From Octopus bimaculoides (Eukaryota), in assembly GCF_001194135.2 (NCBI RefSeq), contig NC_068989.1, positions 89,561,246 through 89,625,245 of the forward strand: a DNA stretch of 64,000 bases. Reading direction: 5' to 3'. The notes under the pieces are model-generated. The model saw only the letters and a list, made by a program, of their open reading frames with translations. It made no database searches and was not told where the DNA came from. Every line of letters starts with the position of its first letter. The first letter of the stretch is position 1. The translations under genes and the position numbers were made by a program. Below, in pieces: positions 52,982 to 64,000 of the stretch.

Positions 52982-53044
52982 AGCTCCTCCATCCAATGTT
53001 CGTTTAGAAGTTTAATTGCTTTCATGTTTGCAGCTGATGAAGTA
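52982..53044 (-). CDS. SENP1: SENP exon (TSSAANMKAIKLLNEHWMEE)
   Basis: catttag|T and CT|gtgagt; phase 2 to 2; W-x-x-E-L as in SENP1 WIKEL. Confidence 0.85.
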
Positions 53045-53542
53045 CTAAATGGATAAAAAAATAAAAGAAGAAAAAACATTCTTTCAAAAATTAAAAAGAA
53101 GACAATGCACAAAGAAATATAAATAAGTTGTAGCTAAATAAGCTAATTAAGGTGGCAGGCAAAACTTAAAGTTCCAATCAACATGTTTGGAATAAGTTCT
53201 ACTCGATTCTCAGTTTTAAGTTTTCTCCATTGTCAACAAATGTTCTGTTGATACTCTTTGAAAACGAAAACTGCAATTTAAGATTTAATTTAAATTTTAA
53301 GAAATATAAAACAAATAAATGAATGAATGAACGTGAGGCAGTAGAGCAATAAACTGACACTGTCAGTCATGATGACGTGGAATCCAGTTGACCTGATCAA
53401 GAGATCAGCCTGCTTGTGAAATGAACATGCAAGTGGCTGAGTACTCCACAGACACATGTACACTTAATGTAGTTCTCAGGGAGATTCAGTATGACAGAGT
53501 GTGACAAGGCTGGCCTTTTGAAATTCATTTTTGCCATGTGAA

Positions 53543-53862
53543 GGCTCATGGCTCAGTGGTTAGAGCATCGAGCTTACGATCGTGAGGTTGTGAGTTCGAT
53601 TCCCGGACTGGGCAGCATATTATGTTCTTGAGGAAGACACTTTATTTCACATTGCTCCAGTTTATTCAGCTGTAGAAATGAGTTGCGACATCACTGATGC
53701 CAAGCTGTATCGGCCCCTTTGCCTTTCCCTTGGATGACATCAGTGACGTGCAAAGGAGAGACTGGTATGCTGGTCTTCCATAAATAATCTAGCCTGGACT
53801 TGTGCCTGGGAGGGGAACTTTCTAGGTGCAATCCCATGGTCAGTCGTGACCGAAGGGGTCTC
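53543..53862 (+). mobile_element. tRNA-headed SINE, third family; other copy 16072-16363(-), fragments 37190-37410(-), 53870-54005(-), 63630-63780(+)
   Basis: A box TGGCTCAGTGG, B box GAGTTCGATTCC, cttgag(c/g)aagacactttatttcac core, gaaggggtctc end. Confidence 0.75.
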
Positions 53863-54578
53863 CTCCTAATCATTTTTGCCAGTTGAGTGAACTGGAGCAA
53901 CGTGAAATAAAGTGTCTTGCTCAAGGACACAACACGCTGCTTGGAACTGAACTCATGACCCAACAATCACAAGCCAAATACACAAACCTCTAAGCCACGT
54001 GCCTCCACCTGGTGTTAGAGCAACAGATTAACACCCACATAGCAATGTATTCAAATATGACAGAGTAGACATCACAACAGTCACTCTTATTGGACTTCTA
54101 AGCCACAAACAGAAGACTTTTTTAGTATTCGGGACAAATTACAGGTAAATAAAATTTGTGATAGTCTTATTTGGCCTGAGTAAAATAATGAATCTTTAAC
54201 TTTACATATTCAGAAATGTAACAAAGTGTTACTGTATCTCCTGCGTCAGTAGTGATGGATTTTGACTTAGCATAACAGAGAGTACATGCAACTGATAAAG
54301 CACAAAAAAGCAGAAAAGCACATCTATCATTCTGACCACCACTACTGGATGATTTCCACTTGCTACTCATACATTTGTGTTCTTAAACATAGTGCGTCCA
54401 TAAGATATATATTATCTCTGAATGGTTTTGCATGATGTGTTTGCCTTAAGTATGATACACACATGGCTATTTTAATCTAATACTGCTTCTACTGCACATA
54501 TCAGATTACTATATTTCTGTTCTATATTTAAAAGATGAGAAATTATGTACATTATTTACATTTGATAGATATTTGACA

Positions 54579-54658
54579 GGCATATGGCATAGTGGTTAAG
54601 AGCACAGGCTACTAGCCCCAAGATTCCGAATTCGATTCCAGGCAGCAACCTGAACAAC

Positions 54659-54692
<34 letters not shown>

Positions 54693-54829
54693 TAGAAAAA
54701 TACATTAGGAATGAGAATCCAGGTTCAAAACTTCCCCAAGACACCTGATGAAGGCTGGAGGGTGTATCAGCTGAAACATTGTGTTAACAACAAACAAGAT
54801 GAGGACAAATATCCATTAAATGTAAATAA
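54579..54829 (+). mobile_element. tRNA-Arg-like hammerhead-tail SINE, preceded by a 25-nt inverted copy of its own tail (54551-54575)
   Basis: Same family; attatttacatttgatagatatttg is the reverse complement of the tail caaatatcc...aaatgtaaataa. Confidence 0.85.
54740..54785 (+). ncRNA. Hammerhead motif, slightly decayed
   Basis: GACAC CTGATGA A GGCTG GAGGGTGTAT CAGCT GAAA CA TT GTGTT. Confidence 0.62.
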
Positions 54830-55307
54830 GTTACTTATATTTCTGCTGAAATACACTACTTTTGTTCCAATAAAATGAAGAATTTGCTAAAATATTTTTA
54901 TCATGATTAACCCTGGTATTTTTGAACATCAATTAACACGAAATTTTGATGTTTAGTTTTAATTTGCATCAATTTAAAACAGGAGGTATGCATCATAAAA
55001 CTCAAACACCCATCACCCCCACCACCACCACTGCTTTTGCTATCACTATTATTACCACAACTTTTTCTACAGCTAACACCATGATATAAACTACCACGAC
55101 TGCTACCTGTATTATTTCAAACGAAATGGACCGGACCAATCCAAGAACAAGAGTTAAAAGTCTTCAACAAAAACACAGCACAATGCTGGTAGGAGGACTT
55201 GAACCAGTGACCCCCACATTAAGTGGGAGGAGTCAACACCCTCCTCTCTATCAGCTACTAAAATTCTCCACATCCAATACAAAGCTCGTTTAAAGTAACA
55301 ACATTAC

Positions 55308-55401
55308 CTTAATTGGTCAGATGATTCTTTTGAAGATGTTTTCTCTCCTGAAGATGAGTTTGTATCCTGACAAGCTGAGGAGTTCTCAAAATTATGTTCA
55401 C
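55308..55401 (-). CDS. SENP1: SENP exon (EHNFENSS...SSDQL)
   Basis: tttgccag|GT and AG|gtaatg; 94 nt, phase 1 to 2. Confidence 0.82.
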
Positions 55402-56149
55402 CTGGCAAAGAAGAAAAGCCCCAAAACAGGGAGCTTCGTTAGTACTATGTCATCATCATCAGCTTCTATATCACCACACTTGCTGTCACAAGCGGATCTG
55501 CATCATTACGCTGCTATCAGATACTCACATGCACACAGCATTAAAAAAAATACAAATGGATTTCTAACATTGTCACAATGCATATCATCATCATCGTTTA
55601 ACACCACTTTTCTATGTTCTCATGGGTCAGATGAAATTCATTTTCTACAGCCAGATGCACTCCCTGTTGCTGACCCTCACTTGTTTCCAAATAAGGTGAT
55701 ATTTTCCAATTGAAGACGAGAAACAAACAACATCACTTATACGATGGTGGTGCCCATCTACGACCATCATGTCATCAAAACAAGGATACACACACACACA
55801 CAATGGACTTCTTTCAGTTTCAGTCAAACACATCCACTCACAAGGGCTTGTTTAGCCCAGGGCTACAGCAGAAAGTTGAAGACACTTGTCCAAGGTGGGG
55901 GCTGAACCCAAAACCACATGGTTGGGAAGCAAGCTTCTTAACCTCACAGCCACGCCTGCACTTATATTGGTTTCAAATTTTGGCACAAGGCCAGCAATTC
56001 CAAGCAGGAGATAGGTTGAATATATCAACACCAGTGATAACTGGTATTTATTGGTTCTAAAAGGATTTAATGACGAAGTCAACCTCAGGGGAATCTGCTC
56101 GAACCTATTCTAACACATCTTTACACACTTTCAAAACAATGCATCAACA

Positions 56150-56321
56150 TGGAGTGGCTGTGTGGTAAGTAGCTTGCTTACCAACCACACGGTTCTGGGT
56201 TCAGTCCCACTGCATGGCACCTTGGGTAAGTGTCTTCTACTATAGCCTCAGGCCAACCAAAGCTTTGTGAGTGGATTTGGTAGACGGAAACTGTAAGAAG
56301 ACCGTCGTATATATGTATGTA

Positions 56322-56410
<89 letters not shown>

Positions 56411-56615
56411 GTGCGTGTGTATGTGTTTGTCCCCCCCAACATCGCTTCATAACCAATGCTGGTGTGCTTACGTCCCTGTAACTTAGCAGTTCGGCAAAAG
56501 AAACAGATAGAATAAGTACTAGGCTTACAAAGAATAAGTCCTGGGGTCAGTTTGTTTGACTAAAGGCGGTGCTCCAGCATGGCCACAGTCAAATGACTGA
56601 AACAAGCAAAAGAGT
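56150..56615 (+). mobile_element. tRNA-headed SINE with internal (TG)n tract; other copies 31447-31800(+), 49791-50148(+), 16680-17012(-), 23596-23945(-), 38395-38715(-)
   Basis: Shared ggagtggctgtgtggtaag...gggttcagtcccactgc...ccaaagccttgtgagtggatttggtagacggaaactg...ggccacagtcaaatgactgaaacaagtaaaag. Confidence 0.8.
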
Positions 56616-56731
56616 ATAATTTCAAACCCATACATACATACTCATGAAAACAGACACACACACACACTCACTTCCACGTTAACTCCACTCCAAACATGCA
56701 CGCAAAGAGGAAGAGTAAGAACTCCACTTAC

Positions 56732-56922
56732 TGTGTTGAGAAGTGTCAGTGTCTGAGAAACTAAGCCGTTTCTGTGATGATGGCAAGTCTGAAAGTGACC
56801 GTTCTTGGTCACTGTCACAGGTCACTATGGTAGGGCGATGGAGCTGAATGACAGAGGCCACATCTCGAACAGTTGGAACATTACTTGACCGTTCACTGGT
56901 CGATGAACTACTTTTCTGACAC
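56732..56922 (-). CDS. SENP1: SENP exon, Ser-rich (CQKSSSSTSE...DTSQH)
   Basis: ttttcag|G and A|gtaagt; 191 nt, phase 2 to 1, open. Confidence 0.85.
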
Positions 56923-58035
56923 CTGAAAACAAAAATATAGAGATATAAATGCAGGGGAGAAGGCAAGTCAATTACATTGACCCCAGGACGTGACTGGTAC
57001 TTGATTTTATGAAACCTGAAAAGATGAAAGGCAATGCCAATCTTGGCAGGATTTAGTACATGGTCAGAATAATAATAATAATAACAATAATAATAATAAC
57101 CATCATCATCATCGTTTAACGTCCCTTTTCCATGCTGGCATGGGTTGGACAGTTTGACTGGGGACTAGCAAGCCAGGAGGCTGCACCAGGCTCCAATCTG
57201 ATCTGGCAAAGTTTCTACAGCTGGATGCCCTTCCTAACGTCAACCACTCTGAGAGTGTAGTGGGTTCTCTTTATGTACCACCAGTATGGGAACCAGTCAG
57301 GCGACACTGGCATCAACCCACACTCGTATGGTGCTTATTATGTGCCACCAGCTCAGGTGCCAGTCAGGCAACACTGGCATCGGCTATAACTACGATTTCA
57401 CTTGACTGATCAGGTCTTCTCAAGCACAGCATATCGTCCGAATAATAATCCTTTCTACTAAAGGCACAAAGTCTGACATTTAGGGAGAAGGGGCTAGTCA
57501 GTTACATCAACCCCACAAAGTTAACCTCAGCAAGATTTGAACTAAGAAACTACAATCTTACAATCAGGAGTTTAATGTCCCAACCACTAAGTCATGCACC
57601 TTTACAAGAGGATTCTATTGGTCCCAGTACTAAAACTCCAACCACAAGATCCAGTCCTTGCTGCAATGTGGTAGCTTGTGTGTCTCAAGTGATCTTAAGA
57701 AGTATACCGGCAGAGCACAAGCTCCTGGTAGGGCTTCTCATGCTTGACATGGTCAAAAGACAGAGGCCAGACTTATATGGACCACCTCTTCCTAGAGGTA
57801 AGAATGGGTTTGCATAGGACCAACACGCGTATGCAGAAAAAAACCCCACAAAGTTACAAAAGCATTGATGACAATACAAAACCAACAAGGGAGAGGAAGG
57901 CAGTCTTCCCTCAGAGAAACATGACTTGCAAAATCTGAAAGGAAAAAGTAGGGATCCAAATGGAGAGAAGCAGGAAAGAGAGCCCAGAGCCTATGGCTTA
58001 TGTCCCATAGGGAGTGAAAGGCTTAATAATAATAA

Positions 58036-58382
58036 GAGCCCTCAGAGAGTGCAAACCTCTGCCAAGGCAACACCAAAGTCCTCTCAATGATTAGCCAGAG
58101 ATGATTTTTAAGATGAGAATATCTGAAATAAACTCGACTGCTCTCACAAACGAGAATACTAGAAATGAACTCGACTGCTCTCAAAAATTAAGTAAAACAA
58201 AACAGAAAAAATAATCTAGAATCCTTGTCTGGTACTGGATCATTCCCCAAATCTAACCAGTTTGTGTCAGCCAAACATCCCTGAAAGTTTCATCCAAATC
58301 CATCCAGCGGTTCTTGAGATATCTTGTCCACGGACAAACAGAACTGAAAATAATAGCTCCACCTTCGCTAAGGTAGAGGTAA
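58036..58382 (+). mobile_element. Helentron/DINE-1-like element, second copy
   Basis: Colinear with 7731-8053; 3' hairpin at 58355-58380. Confidence 0.6.
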
Positions 58383-58529
58383 TAATGAAATTACTGTGTA
58401 TAGTGCTCAGGTGTATTACATCTCATCAAAGATGCATGTACAGTACATAGAATCATGTACAAAAGTCAGGAAAGGGAACAGTGTATGAGTCATGATATAC
58501 AGGTGTGCATGCGTATGGAGGGGGGAAGA

Positions 58530-58905
58530 TATCTGGTGTAGTGTTGGTGAATTTCAGGAAGCAGTGAGGTTTTAAAGGATGCAATGTCTCAGTAACTAAC
58601 AACTGATGCAGGTAGTCTGTTCCATGCTTCAGTAACTCTGAGTGTGAAAAAAAATGTTTCTGAAAGTCATGGGAGCTGTGCTGTTTCCTGACTTTGTAGC
58701 CATGCCTACATGTGTTAGACACACAGAGCTCAAAAAGGTGCTCAAGGTGGTTGTTGATGCAATGGTTAATAATTTTGTGGGTGTTTACCAAGTACCAAGT
58801 CAGTTGCCAGACGTCGGAGCTTCAAGAGGCTCAGAGTTTGGCAGATGCCTGATGGAGGGTATTTGCTTGGTTAAGTAAAGTGAAAAAGTACTCGGACTTA
58901 GAATG
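58530..58905 (-). mobile_element. CR1/L2-type LINE ORF2 3' remnant
   Basis: Translates to HKIINH...NTCRHGYKVRKQHSSHDFQKHFFS, resembling the CR1 C-terminal TRGH..K...RKHFFS motif; degenerate. Confidence 0.7.
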
Positions 58906-59392
58906 TAAAAAACTGGATTGAAGTACTGCAAAGCATTTTGTCTGTGGCTAGAAAAGAAGGCAACCACATCCACTCACAGGGCTTTGGTTGGCCCACGGCT
59001 ATAGTAGAAAGTTGAAGACACTTGTCCAAGGTGGGGCTGAACCCAAAACCACAAGGTTGGGAAGCAAGCTTCTTAACCTCACAGTGGAGTTAACATTTGT
59101 AAGTTAATATGGAAGAGAGAGAGAGAGAGTGTGTGTGTGTGTGTGTGTTCACGAGTAAGTATGTGTGGGTTTGAAATTATGTTAATGCGTTGTTTTGAAA
59201 ATGTGTAAAGATGTGTCACAGTATAGGTTCAAGAGCAGATTCCACAGAAGTCGACTTTGTAATTAAAACCTTATGGGGATCGATATATTAATGTCCCAAT
59301 TCGTGAACAAAACAACAGAAAGCAAATCAATGACAAAAAGGTGAATGCAGATTAAACTGAAGAGAAGTCAACGAATCCATAAAGATACTCAC

Positions 59393-59487
59393 TGAAACAA
59401 CGAGGTGGTAGACGTGTCCGGATAGTTAGCACTGGTACACTGTCTCAATAGCTGTGCATAGCGTTCTTTCTCTTCTAATCGGATGTA
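59393..59487 (-). CDS. SENP1: SENP exon (YIRLEEKERYAQLLRQCTSANYPDTSTTSLF)
   Basis: tttcag|TAC and CA|gtgagt; resembles SENP1 EEEREIYRQLL; phase 0 to 2. Confidence 0.85.
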
Positions 59488-59545
59488 CTGAAACAGACCA
59501 GATACATTTGTCTGTATAAATAAATATACACCGTAAAAACCCGGG

Positions 59546-61080
59546 GTAATTTACGCATTTTCTTTTCTCGCAAAAATAAAAACAAACGGCATTCTTTCCA
59601 TATAAATATTTTATGTCATACCTTCCCAGCTGTCTTTGATGGCGATTCGGTGAAATCCGTCGTAAAAAGGCTTTATGCATTTATTTTTTGTTTTGATGTA
59701 CCACCCACGCTTTGATGTTCAAAGACCGACTTTCATTCTCTTGACAGCTACCGTCACCGACACACAGACAAACACACACACAGTCATTCACACACACAAT
59801 AAACCATAGACACACACAATAAACCATAGACACACACATACACAAATGTATTTTTTTTACTAATGTTATAATTAATTTTTATGTAATTGTTTTTACGAAT
59901 CGTATGTCATTTTTTTTATATATATATTTTTATAATTTTTTGTCTTGTTTCTTGAACCTTTCATACATACATACATACATGATGGGTTCTCCATCGGTTT
60001 CGACGATGAGCATTCAGTGGTTCGATCAAATGAATTACCTACTCAATGAAATTAACACGTAAGTGGCTGAGTATTCCATAAATACGTGTACCCATAATGT
60101 AATTCTCAGACAGAATCAGCATGACACAATGTATGACAAGGCTGTGCCTTTGAAATAGATACATCCACGAACACAGCGTCTGGGGTTCGTTCCTCTCTCA
60201 TGTCAGCAATTTTCTTTCTGAATTAAATGAAAATCACTCATCTTTTTTTTTTGTTTTTATTTATTTTTACGATTCATTTAATGTGTTTCTAGAAACCATC
60301 ATGTGTGTGTGGGGTGTGTGTGTATGTATGTATATATGTGTATGAAAGGATAACTGTATGTATGAATGTATGTGTGTGGATAACTGTGTGTGAATGACTA
60401 TATGTGTTTGACTGTCTGTGTGTGAATGTGTCGGTGACGGTAGCTGTCAAGAGAATGAAAGTCGGTCTTGAACACCAAAGTGTGGGTGGTATATCAAAAC
60501 AAAAAATAAATACCGTAAATCCTCGAGTATAATCCGCATTTTTTACCCAAAATTTAAAGGTCAAAATCCCTAGTGCGTTCTATATATGAGGTTAAAAATG
60601 AAAAATATTTTCTAAGCAATGTCCGAGTCTCTTTTTGCTGTCCGGCAATGTTTATTCAGACGCATTTTGTGATGTCGGGCTTGTAACTGATAGTGATAAA
60701 TATGTAAAAGCAATTTACTTAATATTTATTTTTCACCGACGTTATTACTGTTATTTCTTTATTTTCTGCAAACAAAGTGCACAAAAAAGCTACACGTTTG
60801 CATTGTTATATATACAATAATAATAAAGGACGTTACCGTATACATGTTTACAAACCAAGGACGTTATATAGACCTCCTTGACTCAAGTTAGAGAAGGGGT
60901 GCGTATTATACACAAGGTTTAGGTTTTTCAGAGGTACAACCCCCTAAAAATCCCCTGCCTATTATACTCAAGGATTTACGGTACATAAAGTCTTTTTACG
61001 GATTTTACCGAACACGGCATCAAAACAGCTGGGAAGGAATGACAGATAAAATATTTATATCGAAAGAATGCCAAATAAAT
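59546..61080. mobile_element. Foldback element: ~290-bp inverted arms, right arm split by the MITE at 60511-60983
   Basis: 59680-59830 is the reverse complement of about 60370-60510, and 59546-59679 of about 60984-61080. Confidence 0.8.
60511..60983. mobile_element. Tc1/mariner-pogo (Tc2-like) MITE with TA target duplication
   Basis: TACCGTAAATCCTCGAGTATAAT (60511-60533) and ATTATACTCAAGGATTTACGGTA (60961-60983) are inverted repeats matching at 22/23 including the TA; no long ORF. Confidence 0.85.
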
Positions 61081-61754
61081 TTTAGGGGTGTGTAAATTAC
61101 ATAAGTAGATCGTTTCCAGAATTTTTTTTTTTTTTTATTTAGAAATTTCTGTTGTTGAAAAAAAGACATACAAAACGTAAACATTCGTACTGGAATTTGA
61201 CTCATTTAATGTCAGAATAGGTTTTTACAGAAAAAAATAATGACTTAAATATGCATAATGAAGTTGACTTTTATTTAAGCTGGACGGTATAATGTTTACT
61301 TTTTGTGTATAACTTTACTAAAACCATTAAATGGCTAACTACTTTTTCCAGGCCATATTATTATAAACAACACAAAACACTTTGTAATTTAATAGTTTTT
61401 AGTGTGATACCTGTTAAACAGAAATTATTTTTATTTTATGAAAATTTAATAAAATTGAATCATAAATAAGTGAAATTAAGCTAAATACAACTAAATTGAA
61501 AACCTTTTCTTTCTGGCCATATAGGCAATTCTGAAAACTTTTGGGTGCAAATTTTACACAAGTAGAAACTTTTTCTTAACAAATTTTATCCTGAAAAATC
61601 ACCAGCGTAAATTCATGGTATTTGGACAATTTGCTAACTTTAAACTAAGGAACAATTCCTCCATTTCTTCTGACTATTATTATTATTATTATTATTATTA
61701 CCAATATACTATTCTGTGCACTACCCAAAAACACTTTATTCCTATACAACATAC

Positions 61755-61931
61755 CTCTTCAGCAGTGGATCTTTGTTGCTTGGACATTGGTCTGCAGATA
61801 TCTGTATGTTGCCATGGCTTGCTGGGTATACTGTACAGTTTGCTGCGAGTTAGCACCAATGGACTAGAGACTCTCTGGCCTCCATTTAATCTGGCAGGGT
61901 GCTGGAAGTATTTCCGTAATTGAACAGGTTT
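61755..61931 (-). CDS. SENP1: SENP1/2-like exon (KPVQLRKYFQ...QRSTAEE); alternative acceptor 8 nt upstream at 61939
   Basis: Minus strand: tandem acceptors catttcag|catttcag| and donor GAG|gtatgt; STAEE motif recalled from the SENP1 N-terminal region; phase 0 out. Confidence 0.8.
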
Positions 61932-63533
61932 CTGAAATGCTGAAATGACAATTGTACAAGCAGTAGTAGTAGTAATAATGATGATGGTGGTTGTGGTAGT
62001 AGTAGCAATTTCTTTTATTGCTGGTGACATGTATAAAGCACCCAGTACACTCTTTACAGTGGTTGCTGTTAGGAAGGACATCTGGCCGTAGAAACGATGC
62101 CAAAATAGACAACTGGAGCATGATGCAATTCTCTGGTTTGCCAGCTCCTGTCAAACTGTCCAACCCATGCCAGCATTGAAAATGGATGTTAAATGATGAT
62201 GCATGGCCATAGTCTAATGACTGAAACAAGTAAAAGAAATAAAATATAGAGCATCTCATCTCCAACAAAAAACACCCACATCTCAGCCTACCATTTTAGA
62301 TTAGGAAAAAACACATTGGATAAAGCAGCTCAAACAATAACCCCAAAAAAATGGACTGGTCCCAACTGGAATGGCTTTCCTCATAGGTTGACTGGATCAG
62401 GACTGACCTAGAGTTAACCAGTAAAAAATAACACATCCAGCATCCTTATTTAACATCCACTTTTCTATGCGTGCATGGGTCAGATAGAAATTTGTTCAAG
62501 CAAATTTTCTATGGCTGGATGCCCTTCCTGTTGCTAACCCCCGTTTCCAAGTAAGCTTAATATTTTCCTTATGGCCAGACATTCTCAATATATATTGGAA
62601 ATGAATGATGCTGCTTGTATAACAATGACACTCATTTACAACTATCATGACCTTCGAACGTTGGGCCTCACAGAGGCAATGACGAATGACCGAGACCTCT
62701 GGAGGTATGCTGTGACTGAGAAGACATCATCATCATCATCATCATCATCATCGTTTAGCATCCGCTTTCCATGCTAGCATGGGTTGGACGATTTGACTGA
62801 GGACTGGTGAAACCAGATGGCTACACCAGGCTCCAATTTGATTTGGCAGAGTTTCTACAGCTGGATGCTCTTCCTAATGCCAACCACTCCGAGAGTGTAG
62901 TGGGTGCTTTTACGTGTCACCTGCACGAAGGCCAGTCAGGCGATACTGGCAACGGCCACGCTCGAAATGGTGTCTTTTATGTGTCACCCGCACAAGAGCC
63001 AGTCCAGGGGCACTGGTAACGATCTCGCTCGAAAATCCTTACACATGTCACGGGCACAAGTGCCAGAAAGGCGACAAGACCCGGCAAATAAAGTGAGTTC
63101 ACAGCTGTAACCTACATCAGTGTCGCATAACCAGCCTCACTCAAAAGTACCGTGGATCGTGGGACGACACACCGTGCTTGAGGAGACCTATTGTGACAAG
63201 TAAAATCAAAATCAAGTGTAAATTGTAGTTGTGATCCCCAGTGGCACATAAAAAGCACCATCCAAATGTGGCCAATGCTAGCGCCACCTTGACTGGCTTC
63301 CATGCTGGTGACGTAAAAAGCACCAACCAACCGTGGTCGTTGCCAGCCCCCTCTGGCCCCTGTGTCGGTGGCATCCAGCTGTAGAAACACTGCCAGATCA
63401 GACTAGAGCCTGGTGCATCCTCCTGGCTTCCCAGATCCCAGTCAAGCCATCCGACCCATGCCAGCACAGAAAACAGACGTTAAACGATGATGATGATGTG
63501 ATGTCAAGACAAGGACACACACATATTCATGTA

Positions 63534-63599
<66 letters not shown>

Positions 63600-64000
63600 G
63601 CTTCTTTCAGTTTCTTTCTACTAAATCTAATGAAAGCACATGGCTTAGAAGTTAGGGTATTTGGTTCATGTTCAGCAGGTTGTGAGTTCAATTCCCAGAG
63701 GCGTCTCGTGTCCTTAAGCAAGACACTTTATTTCATGTTGCTCCAGTTCACTCAGCTGACAAAAATGAGTTGTACCTGTAATTCAAAAGGGCCAGTCTTC
63801 TCACATTGTGTCATGCTGAATCTCCCTGAAAACTACACTAATGGTATGCGTGTCTGTGGAGTGCTCAGCCACTTGCACACTAAATTCACAAGCAGGCTGT
63901 TCCATTGATGGGATTAACCATCAGAGTGCCAGTTTTTTTTTTTTTTTATCTACTAAATCCACTCACAAGGCTTTGGTCAGCCCAGGGCTGTAGCAGAAGA

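Overview
Eukaryotic, AT-rich, SINE/LINE- and microsatellite-dense genomic DNA from a draft assembly with eight N gaps. The repeat content is most consistent with an octopus genome (inference). Two multi-exon genes converge tail to tail. (1) On +, seven coding exons (28205-36391) splice in frame into 288 aa of an MSL1 orthologue (second half of the coiled coil plus PEHE domain); I could not find its 5' coding exon. (2) On -, fourteen coding exons (61931-39249) splice in frame into 510 aa of a SENP1/2-type SUMO protease with an intact His-Asp-Cys triad; its 5' end is outside the window. The rest is mostly repeats: tRNA-headed SINEs, RTE and CR1 LINE remnants, TA- and TTAA-flanked MITEs, Helentron-like elements, and mini/microsatellites. 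Nearly all entries in the ORF track are repeat or gap artefacts. The most interesting signal is a tRNA-Arg-like SINE (three insertions in SENP introns) whose 3' part carries a minimal type-I hammerhead ribozyme motif of the kind found in Penelope-like elements. Two of the three insertions also carry an inverted copy of their own 3' end in front of the head, suggesting a ribozyme-bearing SINE mobilised by Penelope machinery. Repeat boundaries are approximate; exon boundaries were read base by base.
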